The notes beneath the pieces were generated by a model. The model was not told where the DNA came from. It saw only the letters and a program-made list of their open reading frames with translations, and did not search any database. Positions 47,090-57,319 of a DNA stretch of 64,000 nucleotides are shown one piece after another. Each line of letters starts with the position of its first letter. The first letter of the stretch is position 1. The position numbers and the translations under genes were made by a program. Source of the stretch: Capsulimonadales bacterium (lineage in GTDB: Bacteria; Armatimonadota; Armatimonadia; Armatimonadales; Armatimonadaceae); the NCBI GenBank assembly GCA_033762295.1, contig JANRLW010000018.1:32940-96939 (forward strand). Reading direction: 5' to 3'.

Positions 47090-48703
47090 GTGATGTCGAC
47101 CCAGTCCCTGGCACCCTCGCCTTCCGCCGCGAGCGCGACGGCCCGCGCGGCCGGACGCAACACGTTGATGATGATGGGGTTCGTTCTCCTGTCGCGCATT
47201 CTCGGCATCGTCCGCGACCTCGTCATCTCGCGCCTGTTCGGCCAGAACGATGTCACCGACATCTATACCGCCGCCTTTCGCGTTCCCGATATCCTGGCGC
47301 TGCTCGTCGCCGGGGGAACCATGGCTTCCGTGTTCGTCCCCATCTTCGCCGAATACTGGAAGGACGACGACCCGGAGGCGCAGAGGGAGTCCTGGCATAT
47401 CTTCAGCAGCGTGATCACCATCGTCTCGCTGCTGGCGGCCCTCCTGGTCGTCGTGATGGAGTTTCTGAATCTGCCGCTGACACGTCTGCTGAACCCGCTG
47501 ATGAATGAGGCGAGCGTCCGTGAGACGGCGCGTCTCTCGGCGATCCTGCTGCCCGCCCAGTGGTGCTTCTTCGTCGGCGGACTGATCATGGGAACGCTGA
47601 ACGCCCGTCATCGCTTTCTGATTCCGGCGATCGGTCCGGTCGTCTACAACGGCGGCATTATTCTCGGCGGCCTGCTGCTGCACCGGCAGATGGGCATCGC
47701 CTCGATGACCGTCGGCGCGGTCGTCGGCGCCTTCGCCGGAAACTTTCTGCTTCCCCTGCTCGAACTGCTGCGCACCGGGACCCGGTACCGCCCGATATTC
47801 GACATCCGGCATCCGGGCGTCCGCACCTTCGGGAAGAACATGCTTCCCGCGTTGATCGGTCTGTCACTGTCGCAGTTTATCTTCTGGATCACGCCGACCT
47901 TTCTGACCAACGACGGTTCGATCTCGGCGCTTCGGAACGCCTATAACATGACGCAGGCCCCGATCGGCATCTTCGCGCAGGCGGCGGCCATCGTCCTCTT
48001 TCCGACCATCTCCGTCCTGGCCGCGCGAAAACGCTGGGAGGAGTTCCGGAACGAGGTCAGCTTCGGCATCCGCCGGATTCTTTTCCTGACCGTCCCCGCC
48101 TCCGTCCTGATGGCCGTGCTGGCGCAGCCGCTGTTCCTGCTCTACTCCGGCGATAGGTTCGGCGCGAACGAGGTCGAAGTGGCCGCCGCCGCTCTCTGGT
48201 GCTACTCGCTCGCCACCTTCGCCTGGTCCGCGCAGGCGGTGCTGGCGCGCGGCTTCTATGCGATGCAGGACACGCGCACCCCGCTGATCATCACCACGAG
48301 CATGGTCGCCGTCTTCTACGGGCTCTGCTACCTGACCATCCACGTTTTCCATCAGGACTATCGCGGGATCGCCGCCGCCACCAGCCTGATTTCGACCCTG
48401 AACATGGCGATCTTTCTGATTGTCCTGCAGAAAAAGGCCGGGGGGTTGAATCTGCGCGGCATGTTCGACAGCGCCTGGCGGATCACGCTGGCCGCGGGTC
48501 TGGCCGGAGCCGTCGCGTACGTCGTCTCCCTGCCCGTCCTGGCGCGCCTGCCGCACAACGCGCTCGGCGGACTGGTGACCCTGGCGGTTGCGGGCGGCGC
48601 GGGCCTGGCGCTGTATATCGTTCTCTGCTTCGCTCTGCGTGTCCCCGAACTGAAAACCATACGAGAAATGTTCCGGCGAAAACCGGCAAAGGAAACCGCC
48701 TGA
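47090..48703 (+). CDS. murJ: Lipid II flippase MurJ (MviN)
   Basis: LSRILGIVRD, AFRVPD, PIGIFA, LARGFYAMQDTRTP and many TMs. Confidence 0.93.
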   Translation: MMSTQSLAPSPSAASATARAAGRNTLMMMGFVLLSRILGIVRDLVISRLFGQNDVTDIYTAAFRVPDILALLVAGGTMASVFVPIFAEYWKDDDPEAQRESWHIFSSVITIVSLLAALLVVVMEFLNLPLTRLLNPLMNEASVRETARLSAILLPAQWCFFVGGLIMGTLNARHRFLIPAIGPVVYNGGIILGGLLLHRQMGIASMTVGAVVGAFAGNFLLPLLELLRTGTRYRPIFDIRHPGVRTFGKNMLPALIGLSLSQFIFWITPTFLTNDGSISALRNAYNMTQAPIGIFAQAAAIVLFPTISVLAARKRWEEFRNEVSFGIRRILFLTVPASVLMAVLAQPLFLLYSGDRFGANEVEVAAAALWCYSLATFAWSAQAVLARGFYAMQDTRTPLIITTSMVAVFYGLCYLTIHVFHQDYRGIAAATSLISTLNMAIFLIVLQKKAGGLNLRGMFDSAWRITLAAGLAGAVAYVVSLPVLARLPHNALGGLVTLAVAGGAGLALYIVLCFALRVPELKTIREMFRRKPAKETA

Positions 48704-49542
48704 TGACCCTGCAAACGTCGCGCCGTGTCTCCGTATCGACCTGGGCGCTGCATCCCCTGATTCAAACGGTCGCTCCGGGACGACCGCCAAGCGCCAATCC
48801 GGACCAACTTCCGAACGTGCGCCTGATGGAGCATCGGGAAGGAACGCTCGACCTGCTCGATGTTCCCGCGCAACTGGCCGCGCACGGCTTCACAACGATG
48901 GAACTGTGCCATTTCCACCTGCCGTCGCGCGATGAGGAGTTTGTGGCGCGTTTCCGGGCGGCGCGCGAAGCGGCCGGTGTCGAACTCTGGTCGGTGCTGA
49001 TCGACGACGGCGATATCAACCATCCGGAATATGGCGATGCCGACCGGACCTGGATTCTGGGCTGGATCGATACCGCCGCCGCGCTCGGCGCGCGCTGCGT
49101 GCGCGTCATCGCGGGCAAGCAGCCGCCGACTCCGGAGATGGTGCGCCGAAGCCACTTCCAGCTCAAACAGCTGATGGTCGACGCCTATATGCGCGGCGTC
49201 CACCTGATGACCGAGAACTGGTTCTCCACACTTTCGAGTCCGGCGCAGGTGCATCAGGTCTTCGCCGACCTCGGCGGTTCGGTCGGTCTTTGCCTCGATT
49301 TCGGCAACTGGGGCGGCCCCGACAAGTATGCCAACCTGACCGACATCGCGGAGTACGCCGAATCCTGTCATGCCAAATGCCACTTTGCCGATGGTCAACC
49401 CGATGTCGAGGACTACCGACACTGCCTGGAAATAACACGGGAAGCAGGTTTCTCCGGCCCCTACACGCTGGTTCACGGAGAACCGGGCAACGTCTGGGAG
49501 AGCCTGGACATTCAGAGGAATCTCGTTGCCCCGTATCTTTAA
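48703..49542 (+). CDS. Sugar-phosphate isomerase/epimerase family TIM barrel
   Basis: TGATG overlap with murJ; VRVIAG, TENW, CLDFGNW and HAKC. Confidence 0.8.
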   Translation: MTLQTSRRVSVSTWALHPLIQTVAPGRPPSANPDQLPNVRLMEHREGTLDLLDVPAQLAAHGFTTMELCHFHLPSRDEEFVARFRAAREAAGVELWSVLIDDGDINHPEYGDADRTWILGWIDTAAALGARCVRVIAGKQPPTPEMVRRSHFQLKQLMVDAYMRGVHLMTENWFSTLSSPAQVHQVFADLGGSVGLCLDFGNWGGPDKYANLTDIAEYAESCHAKCHFADGQPDVEDYRHCLEITREAGFSGPYTLVHGEPGNVWESLDIQRNLVAPYL

Positions 49543-49633
49543 TGTAATTAACATTTTTCAATCGTTTTTAAAAAATGTATGGGAAATCAGTTGAGCGGTA
49601 AGGAAGAGATAAGCGTAAGGCACGTTCGCAACC

Positions 49634-50857
49634 ATGATGAAAAACGCTTACCCTTCCAACCCGACTTCGCCCGTGAAAAACGGGGTTCTGTCCGCCCTGT
49701 TCTTCTTTGCGCTCAGCAGTTCGTTGGTCACACTGGTGCTGTGCCTGGGCAAACTCGTCAATGACAGCCGGCTCTACGCCGTCTCTTTCGCTTTCTTCGT
49801 TACGAGCCTCGCCCTGTATCATCGGATGGCGAATCCTCCCCGACCCCGCTTCTCCGGCGGGTACGGTCCGGAATACGAAAACGCTCCGGTGGTCAGTACC
49901 TCCGCAAACCCCACCGCGCCGCCGGCGCGGCCGACCGTCGTTCCGGCGGAACCGACCCTCGCCGTTCGACCCGCCGAACCGACCCTTGCCGTACGACGCG
50001 CCGAACCCACTATCGCCGTACGACGCGAGGAGCCGACCATTGCCGTTCGACGCGCCGAGCCCACGATTGCGGTCGGACCGCAGGGATCGAACGGATCGAA
50101 CCCCGAGGAAGAGGCGGCCCGACTGGAGCAGCAGCGGGAGTCGACCTTCATGTCCATGGCGGAGTTCACCGGTGAGACTGTCTCCCTGAGCGAGAACACC
50201 ATCGCCACCGCGCCGGCCCATCCGGTCCCCTTTACCCGCGAACGGCTTCAGCCGATCCTGACGGCTCACCTTGCCTGGCTGGAGCGGGGCGCGCTGCCCG
50301 ACGCCGATGGCCGCGCGGTGCTTGTGCGCTGTGATTTCTCCGGTCTGCCGCTCCGTGGCGCGGTGCTCGTCCGGGCCAACCTGACCGGCAGCGTGCTGGT
50401 CGGCACCGACCTGTGCGAAGCCAACCTGAGCGGAGCCACCCTCTGCCAGTCGGATCTGGCCGAAGCCGACCTGCGCGGCGCGGACCTGCGAGAAACCGAC
50501 CTGCGGGAAAGCCACCTGTGCCGCATCGACGGACGGGGGGCGGACCTGCGCGGCGCGGAACTGATCCAGGCGCAGCTGGCCGGGGCCAATCTGGCCGGGG
50601 CCGACCTCTGTGAGGCGTACCTGAGCGGAGCCGACCTGAGCGGGACCGATCTCTCCGGCGCGAAACTCGACGGGGCGTACCTTTCCGGTTCCCTGCTCCT
50701 CGGGGCGGACCTGACCGGCGCGAGCCTGGAAGGCATCGATCTGCGCCGGGCTCGCTACGACGAGCGGACGCGCTGGCCGGCCCGGTTCGAGCCGCGGATC
50801 TGCGGCGCCCTGCTGATGGGCGAAGCGACCACCGGAGGCGGACGACTCGCCGCCTGA
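49634..50857 (+). CDS. Membrane-anchored pentapeptide repeat protein
   Basis: Two N-terminal TMs, a 9-aa repeat linker and a long A(D/N)LxG pentapeptide run ending [10 protein letters not shown]. Confidence 0.9.
   Translation: MMKNAYPSNPTSPVKNGVLSALFFFALSSSLVTLVLCLGKLVNDSRLYAVSFAFFVTSLALYHRMANPPRPRFSGGYGPEYENAPVVSTSANPTAPPARPTVVPAEPTLAVRPAEPTLAVRRAEPTIAVRREEPTIAVRRAEPTIAVGPQGSNGSNPEEEAARLEQQRESTFMSMAEFTGETVSLSENTIATAPAHPVPFTRERLQPILTAHLAWLERGALPDADGRAVLVRCDFSGLPLRGAVLVRANLTGSVLVGTDLCEANLSGATLCQSDLAEADLRGADLRETDLRESHLCRIDGRGADLRGAELIQAQLAGANLAGADLCEAYLSGADLSGTDLSGAKLDGAYLSGSLLLGADLTGASLEGIDLRRARYDERTRWPARFEPRICGALLMGEATTGGGRLAA
49946..50080 (+). repeat. 5 x 27-bp coding repeat ((A/E)EPT(L/I)AVRR-like)
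   Basis: [45 protein letters not shown]. Confidence 0.9.
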
Positions 50858-50914
50858 GCTACGCCACCGAAAAGCAGGACGCCGTCGCCGCGGTAACGCG
50901 GTAAGATAGGCGGA

Positions 50915-52111
50915 ATGCCACGTGAGATTCGATTTCTGATTACCGGCGGGGGAACGGGCGGACATGTCGGCCCGGCCCTCGCCATCGTCCAAAAACTACG
51001 GGAGCGCGCCGCCACGCCGGACAGCCCGTTTACCCCCGTCTTCTGCTACATGGGCAGCGCGAACGGCGTCGAAGCCGGCCTCGCCCGCGAAAACGGTCTC
51101 CCCTTCGTCGGAGTCGCCACCGGCAAGTTCCGCCGCTGGTCGAACGCCCGCCGCTTCTTCGAGTTTCTTCTGCCCAATCTCCGCGATGGTCTGAAACAGC
51201 CGCTCGGTCTTCTGGAGGCGCTGACCGCCGTCCGCCGCTTCCGCCCCGACGTCACCGTCTCGACCGGCGGCTATGTCTCGGTCCCGCCCGTCATCGCGTC
51301 GCGCCTGCTCGGTGTCCCGGTCCTGACCCACGAGCAGACGGTCACGATCGGTCTGGCGAACCGCATCACCGCCCGGTTCGCCACCCGGATCGCCCTGACG
51401 TTCGAGGGGGCGGCGGAGGAGTTGCCTCCTTCCCTTCGACGCAGAACCTTTGTGACGGGCAATCCGGTACGCGAGGCGATCTTTCAGGGCGACCGGACGC
51501 GCGCCGCGCGCCGGTTCGGTTTCGTTCCGGAGGAGGATGATCTTCCCTGTCTGTACGTCACCGGGGGGGCGCAGGGCGCGGCCCTGATCAACCGCTCGGT
51601 CGAATCCGTTCTCGGCGATCTGCTCGCTCTCCCCTGCCGGATCGTGCATCAGTGCGGAAAACAGCCCGAGGACTGGGAGCAGGACTTCGACCGGCTGACT
51701 CGTGCCGCCGCCGCGCTGACGCCCGCGCTTGCCGCCCGATTCCATGTGACACGGTTCGTCGGTTCCGAGGCGATCGGCGATGCCTACGCCCTCTGCGATC
51801 TTCTGGTCGGGCGCAGCGGCGCGGGGACGGTCACCGAGGTCTGCGCCCTGGGCAAACCGGCGATCTTCGTGCCGAAGGTACCGACCGGGGGGGATGAACA
51901 GACGCGCAACGCCCGTCGGTTGGCGGACGCGGGCGCCGCCCTCCTGCTGCCCCAGAAGGAGTGTGACGGTCCCCGTCTGCTCCGGGAGATCACCTCGCTG
52001 GCGAACGACCCGACGAAACGCGCGGCCATGCGCGAGGCCGCCCTGCGTCTTGCCCGGCCGGACGCCGCCGACGCGCTGGCGGACGCCGTTCTCGGCCTGG
52101 TTCGCCGTTGA
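50915..52111 (+). CDS. murG: Undecaprenyl-PP-MurNAc-pentapeptide GlcNAc transferase
   Basis: TGGGTGGHVGP, STGGYVS.P, HEQ, GLAN, TGNPVR, GGAQGA, RSGAGT and Q..NA. Confidence 0.9.
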   Translation: MPREIRFLITGGGTGGHVGPALAIVQKLRERAATPDSPFTPVFCYMGSANGVEAGLARENGLPFVGVATGKFRRWSNARRFFEFLLPNLRDGLKQPLGLLEALTAVRRFRPDVTVSTGGYVSVPPVIASRLLGVPVLTHEQTVTIGLANRITARFATRIALTFEGAAEELPPSLRRRTFVTGNPVREAIFQGDRTRAARRFGFVPEEDDLPCLYVTGGAQGAALINRSVESVLGDLLALPCRIVHQCGKQPEDWEQDFDRLTRAAAALTPALAARFHVTRFVGSEAIGDAYALCDLLVGRSGAGTVTEVCALGKPAIFVPKVPTGGDEQTRNARRLADAGAALLLPQKECDGPRLLREITSLANDPTKRAAMREAALRLARPDAADALADAVLGLVRR

Positions 52112-52130
52112 CCGCGCCCGCCCCGGTCGT

Positions 52131-53645
52131 TCACCCCTGTCCGACGTTCTGCATCAGGTGATAATAAACCTCATTATTTCGCAAATCCTGCCGGAATCCG
52201 CGCAGGTCGGTCGCCGCATCGATGACCGCCAGTTCGATGCCGGCGATCTCCGCGAAATCCTCAAGGTGCTCGGTCCGAAGCGCCTGCGAGAAACCGGTGT
52301 GGTGCGCTCCGCCCGCCAGAATCCAGGCGGCGCAGCCGACCTTGAAATCCGGCTTCGGAATCCAGACCGCGCGCGCCACCGGCAGTTTCGGCAGCGGTTC
52401 CTCCGGCGCGACGACCTCCACCTCGTTCACCAGCAGGCGGAACCGGTTGCCCAGATCGATCAGCGACACGTTCAAACCGGGGCCGGGCGGCGTATCGAAG
52501 ACCAGGCGCACCGGATCGGCCTTCCCCCCGATCCCCAGCGGATGGATCTCCAGCGACGGCGTCCCGGCCGCGATCGATGGACAGATTTCCAGCATATGCG
52601 CCCCGAGCACCCGCTCCTGCCCCGGAACCAGATGGTACGTATAGTCCTCCATGAACGACGTCCCTCCCGGCAGGCCCGCCGCCATCGTCTTCATCGCCCG
52701 GAGGAGCGCACAGGTCTTCCAGTCGCCCTCCGCGCCGAACCCGTAACCGTCGGCCATCAGCCGCTGTACGGCCAATCCGGGCAACTGCTCGATTCCGTGC
52801 AGCATTTCGAACGTGTCGGTGAACCCCTTGAACCCGCCCTCCTCCAGAAACGATCGCAGCGCCCGCTCGACCCGCGCCTCGTAACGCAGTGACGCATGCC
52901 GTTCGCCGCCCTTGCCCAGCACCGGTGCGACCGTGTACCGTTCCTCGTACTCCGCTACCAGCGTATCGACCTCACCCTCGGGAACCGTGTCGATCCGGGC
53001 GGCCAGGTCACCGACCCCGTACCCGTTGACGGAGAACCCGAACCGGATCTCGGCCGCGACCTTATCCCCCTCGGTGACCGCGACACTGCGCATGTTGTCC
53101 CCGAACCGCGCGAATTTGGCTCCCTGCCAATCCTGCCACCCGGCGGCCGCCCGCACCCAGGCGGCGATCCGTTCCCGGACCGCCTCGTCCGCCCAGTAAC
53201 CGACGACCACCTTCCTTCGCTGGCGCAGGCGTGCGCCGATAAACCCGAACTCCCGGTCGCCATGCGCCGCCTGGTTCAGGTTCATGAAATCCATGTCGAT
53301 CTCCGACCAGGGCAGATCGCGGTGGTACTGCGTATGCAGGTGTAGCAGGGGCTTGCGCAGAGCGGTCAGCCCGTTGATCCACATTTTGGCCGGCGAGAAG
53401 GTGTGCATCCAGGCGACGATTCCCAGACATTTCGCTGCCTGATCGGCGTCCCGACAGATCGCGCGAATCTCCTCGGGCGTCGTCAGGACCGGCTTGAAGA
53501 CGACCCGCGCCGGGATCGTTTCCGACCTATCCAGGGCCTGCGCCATCTCCTGCGCATGGGCGGCCACCTGCCGCAGGGTCTCCTCACCGTAAAGATGCTG
53601 ACTTCCGGTCAAAAACCAGATTTCCAAATCCTTCCAGGGCTTCAT
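52131..53645 (-). CDS. araA: L-arabinose isomerase
   Basis: [55 protein letters not shown] and GGAHH. Confidence 0.97.
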   Translation of the reverse strand: MKPWKDLEIWFLTGSQHLYGEETLRQVAAHAQEMAQALDRSETIPARVVFKPVLTTPEEIRAICRDADQAAKCLGIVAWMHTFSPAKMWINGLTALRKPLLHLHTQYHRDLPWSEIDMDFMNLNQAAHGDREFGFIGARLRQRRKVVVGYWADEAVRERIAAWVRAAAGWQDWQGAKFARFGDNMRSVAVTEGDKVAAEIRFGFSVNGYGVGDLAARIDTVPEGEVDTLVAEYEERYTVAPVLGKGGERHASLRYEARVERALRSFLEEGGFKGFTDTFEMLHGIEQLPGLAVQRLMADGYGFGAEGDWKTCALLRAMKTMAAGLPGGTSFMEDYTYHLVPGQERVLGAHMLEICPSIAAGTPSLEIHPLGIGGKADPVRLVFDTPPGPGLNVSLIDLGNRFRLLVNEVEVVAPEEPLPKLPVARAVWIPKPDFKVGCAAWILAGGAHHTGFSQALRTEHLEDFAEIAGIELAVIDAATDLRGFRQDLRNNEVYYHLMQNVGQG

Positions 53646-53763
53646 CGGTAGTTTCCTCACTTCCTCAGGCAGTACAATACACCGCCGTTTCCTTCGTTAC
53701 GTTCACGAATCCTCGACAAAAACCTTCCGAAATGGGTGAACCGGAAGCGACCTGTATCGTGGT

Positions 53764-53792
53764 TTGACCGAACCAATTGGTTTATGTACGAT
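53764..53792 (+). promoter_or_regulatory. Promoter TTGACC-17-TACGAT with palindrome AACCAATTGGTT in the spacer
   Basis: -35 at 53764-53769, palindrome at 53771-53782, -10 at 53787-53792, between divergent araA and the GH51 gene. Confidence 0.6.
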
Positions 53793-53832
53793 GGGACGAA
53801 TCCTCCGGATCGGAGCAAAAAGGAACCTATTG

Positions 53833-55314
53833 ATGGCAGAAGCGACATTGACGGTCCTCGCCGACGGCGCCGGGCCAACCATCCATCCGAATATCTACGG
53901 GCATTTCGCCGAACATCTGGGCCGCTGTATCTACGAGGGCTTCTGGGTGGGCGAGGACTCGCCGATCCCCAACACGCGCGGCATCCGGAACGATGTCGTC
54001 TCCGCGCTGAAACAACTGAACCTGCCCGTGCTGCGCTGGCCCGGCGGCTGTTTCGCCGATGAGTACCACTGGAAGGACGGCGTGGGTCCGCGAGAGAAAC
54101 GCCCGTCGATGATCAACACGCACTGGGGCGGCGTGGTCGAGAACAACCACTTCGGTACGCACGAGTTCCTCGATCTGTGCGAACAGATCGGGACCGAACC
54201 GTATATCTGCGGCAACGTCGGCAGCGGCACCCCGCAGGAGATGATGGAGTGGGTCGAGTACCTGACCTCCGACGCCGATACTCCCATGACCCGGTGGCGC
54301 AAAGAGAACGGACGGGAACACCCCTGGAAGATCACCTATTTCGGAGTCGGTAATGAAAGCTGGGGCTGTGGCGGGAACATGCGCCCGGCGTTCTATGCCG
54401 ATAACTATCGACGTTACAACACGTTCGTCAAGAACTACGGCGGGAACCGCCTCTTCCGGATCGCGTGCGGCCCCAATGTCGATGATTACCGCTGGACGGA
54501 AACGCTGATGGAGATTGTCGGCGGGCAGATGAACGGGCTTTCCCTCCACTATTATACGACGCCGACGCCGGACTGGAACCGAAAGGGTCCGGCTACCGGG
54601 TTCGACGAAGCCCACTGGCACTCGACCCTGCGCCGCGCCCTGCATATGGACACCCTCATCGCGCGACACTCCGAGATCATGAACCGTTTCGATCCGCAGA
54701 AAAAGATCGGACTGATCGTCGATGAATGGGGTACCTGGTACGATGTCGAACCCGGCACCAATCCGGGCTTCCTCTACCAGCAGAATACGCTGCGCGACGC
54801 TCTGGTCGCCGCCCTGCACTTCCATATCTTCCACGCGCACGCCGACCGGGTGGTGATGGCCAATATCGCGCAGACGATCAACGTTCTCCAGGCGATGATC
54901 CTGACCGACAAAGAGCGGATGCTGTTGACGCCGACCTACCATCTTTTTGAGATGTACCGGGCGCACCAGGGCGCGACGACCGTTCCCGTTTTCGTGGATA
55001 GCCCGGACTATACGTTCGGGGACGCCTCCCTGCCGCAGGTCTCTGCGTCCGCCAGTCGCGGCGGGGACGGACAGGTTCGCCTCTCCCTGGTGAACACCCA
55101 TCCGTCCGCCCCGCTGACCGTTCATCTCCGCCTGAGCGACGGGTCCGATCGGACGCTGACCGGGCGTGTTCTGACCGGCGACGCCATCGACGCCCACAAC
55201 ACGTTCGACGCGCCGGAGACCGTTCGCCCGTCCGATTTCGAACCGGTCACGGTCTCGTCGGGTTCGGCCACTCTCCTGCTGCCGGCGAAGTCCGTCGTCC
55301 TCATCCGGGGTTAA
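53833..55314 (+). CDS. GH51 alpha-L-arabinofuranosidase (Abf2/AbfB type)
   Basis: [49 protein letters not shown] and [12 protein letters not shown]. Confidence 0.95.
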   Translation: MAEATLTVLADGAGPTIHPNIYGHFAEHLGRCIYEGFWVGEDSPIPNTRGIRNDVVSALKQLNLPVLRWPGGCFADEYHWKDGVGPREKRPSMINTHWGGVVENNHFGTHEFLDLCEQIGTEPYICGNVGSGTPQEMMEWVEYLTSDADTPMTRWRKENGREHPWKITYFGVGNESWGCGGNMRPAFYADNYRRYNTFVKNYGGNRLFRIACGPNVDDYRWTETLMEIVGGQMNGLSLHYYTTPTPDWNRKGPATGFDEAHWHSTLRRALHMDTLIARHSEIMNRFDPQKKIGLIVDEWGTWYDVEPGTNPGFLYQQNTLRDALVAALHFHIFHAHADRVVMANIAQTINVLQAMILTDKERMLLTPTYHLFEMYRAHQGATTVPVFVDSPDYTFGDASLPQVSASASRGGDGQVRLSLVNTHPSAPLTVHLRLSDGSDRTLTGRVLTGDAIDAHNTFDAPETVRPSDFEPVTVSSGSATLLLPAKSVVLIRG

Positions 55315-55320
55315 TGAAGT

Positions 55321-55362
55321 GACGCCACCCGGGAGCGTTCGTGTCCCCGGGTGGCGTCTTTT
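55321..55362 (+). terminator. Intrinsic terminator
   Basis: GACGCCACCCGGG...CCCGGGTGGCGTC followed by TTTT. Confidence 0.8.
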
Positions 55363-55408
55363 CACGCGGAATAGGAACGAGATCGAGTCCGTTCGTTTTA
55401 CACCGTTC

Positions 55409-56068
55409 TTACACCGTCAGAACCGCACCGGTCGTATTCCGGTGGGCAAGATATTCGTTGACTTGATTTCGAAACGCGACAATCTGTTCCGTCGAACAGA
55501 CGACAAGCCCCTGCCCAATGACACGGTTATTTTTGTCTACAATTGTAAAACGATAGCCAGCCTTCCAGCGCAAAAGTGCTATACGGAAGTCTGCAATATC
55601 TTCCCAGGGCAGGAAAACGGGCATAACGACGGCGCGATTCGGCAGCCATTGTGCAGGGAGGGAAAGATACGAAATGCCCCGTTGATCCACCTGAACAAAT
55701 GAGCGAAGAAACGTCAGCAGCAGTACTCCCTTCGTTACCCAGAGCAATAAACCAAAAGCCGTCAGCAGAAACATGGATGTTGCGGCTTCACGGGAGACAG
55801 GGAAGTTATTGTTTTCCGCATAATCATAATAACTCTGTATTCCGGAATGAGGCGTACTTACCTGGAGCCGCTCCAGGATTATATGAAGAGTTAATTCCGA
55901 AACACTCTCCCCGGGAGTCATCTGCAACACGAGGTCTATCAGTCCTACACCCATACTACCCAGATAGAGAAAAGCAGGCAGTTTGGCAAAGAATGTGGGC
56001 GAGATGCGGACCATCCCATCCCCTGCTACAAAGTCCGCCACACAATGTTTTAAGTACGTTTGTTTCAA
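55409..56068 (-). CDS. AT-rich hypothetical membrane protein (possible bacterial PH-like C-domain)
   Basis: AGGAGG SD 5 nt before TTG 56068; two TMs; VQVDQRGISY...LPWEDI. Confidence 0.55.
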   Translation of the reverse strand: MKQTYLKHCVADFVAGDGMVRISPTFFAKLPAFLYLGSMGVGLIDLVLQMTPGESVSELTLHIILERLQVSTPHSGIQSYYDYAENNNFPVSREAATSMFLLTAFGLLLWVTKGVLLLTFLRSFVQVDQRGISYLSLPAQWLPNRAVVMPVFLPWEDIADFRIALLRWKAGYRFTIVDKNNRVIGQGLVVCSTEQIVAFRNQVNEYLAHRNTTGAVLTV

Positions 56069-56183
56069 TTTCACCTCCTGAAGGTTGGACAGATGATGAG
56101 AAAACGGGTTGCCATACATCACGCACATTTTTTCGCCGGGGCGGTTCCGAACGTACCGCGCAGGTCTTCGCGACAGGGCGTGA

Positions 56184-56224
56184 TTGACATCGCTCCGGGC
56201 TCCCCGTATACTGGTTCCAACCGG
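56184..56224 (+). promoter_or_regulatory. Promoter TTGACA-17-TATACT with adjacent TGGTT-CC-AACCG operator-like site
   Basis: TTGACA 56184-56189, TATACT 56207-56212, CTGGTTCCAACCGG 56211-56224. Confidence 0.65.
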
Positions 56225-56245
56225 TCATACCGGAGAGAACCGAAC

Positions 56246-57319
56246 GTGAACCGTTTTTCCCTGCCTCACTCCTCCCCGGACCGAAGTCTCCACCCGGAAC
56301 GACGCGCCGCTCTGGAAGCCCTCCGTCAACTCGCCCGCGAGATGGCCGGAAAAAAACTGCCCGGCGAACGCGAACTGTCCCAGCGGCTCCATATCAGCCG
56401 CCAGCAACTGCGTGGTCTGCTCGATGTTCTGGAGACCGAGGGGGTGGTGGAACGTCGGCAGGGCAGCGGCACCTACGCCACCGACGCCCGCCATTTCGAA
56501 CTGCATCATGTCGGACTGGTCATCGACGCCCATCTCAAACTGGGCAACGATCCGTTCTTCTCCCTGCTGACGGAACGACTGCAACTTGGTCTGCAGGCCG
56601 CCGGAATCCACTGCGTCGTCGAGCGAACCGGCGGCGCTTCGCGGCCCCGCTTCCTGGGGAACGGCGTGATCGCTCTCGGACTGGCCGGATTGGGTGCGCT
56701 CTCCCATCTCCGCGTCGAGGACCCGCCCGCGCTCAGCCTCCTCGCCGAGGAACAGTATCCCCATCATTTCGCCGGGGCGGTGTCGGTACTGCTGATGGAG
56801 GATCACGGAGCCGGTCTGGAAGCGGGGAAGCGCGCGATCGAGGAAGGGTGTCGCCGCCTGTTCTTCTTCGGACGGGGTCACATTCCCGCCTCACGCGGAC
56901 GATGGGAAGGTATTCAACAGGCGGCGCTCCGGGCGGAGGAGCCGATTACCGCCGAAATCCATGAGTGCGCGATGAATTTTAACGCCGGACGCACCGCCGG
57001 TCAGGCGATGGCGGAACAACTGCGCGGAGTGCCGGTCCGGGAAGTGGGACTGATCGCCTCCAATGACTGGCTCGCCGTCGGGCTGCGGGCAGGACTGACC
57101 GAGTCCGGTTCGCCGCTGCGCGAGCGGCCGATCTACAGCTTCGACGGGCTATCGATCGCGCAGGACCCGGCCCAGAATATCCGCTCGCTCTGCTTTCCCG
57201 TCAGTATCTTCGTCGAGGATACTCTGGCCGAACTGCGTCGCCTGACCGGGCAGCGCATCGGACGGGTGATCCGGTACAACCATTCCGGCTGGTCCGACCG
57301 CCTCCCGCCGGACCCCTAA
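56246..57319 (+). CDS. GntR-HTH plus LacI-type sensor regulator (AraR-like)
   Basis: LPGERELSQRLHISR..LR, RRQGSGTY; periplasmic-binding-like C-domain with ASNDWLA and SFDG; lies inside the arabinan locus. Confidence 0.8.
   Translation: MNRFSLPHSSPDRSLHPERRAALEALRQLAREMAGKKLPGERELSQRLHISRQQLRGLLDVLETEGVVERRQGSGTYATDARHFELHHVGLVIDAHLKLGNDPFFSLLTERLQLGLQAAGIHCVVERTGGASRPRFLGNGVIALGLAGLGALSHLRVEDPPALSLLAEEQYPHHFAGAVSVLLMEDHGAGLEAGKRAIEEGCRRLFFFGRGHIPASRGRWEGIQQAALRAEEPITAEIHECAMNFNAGRTAGQAMAEQLRGVPVREVGLIASNDWLAVGLRAGLTESGSPLRERPIYSFDGLSIAQDPAQNIRSLCFPVSIFVEDTLAELRRLTGQRIGRVIRYNHSGWSDRLPPDP

Noticed and set aside
48199..48702. N-terminal extension of ORF 48199..49542
   Set aside because: Lies within murJ in another frame; TGATG coupling indicates a start at 48703.
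49946..50080. 27-bp repeats as a possible CRISPR array
   Set aside because: Contiguous in-frame coding repeats with no spacers and no cas genes.
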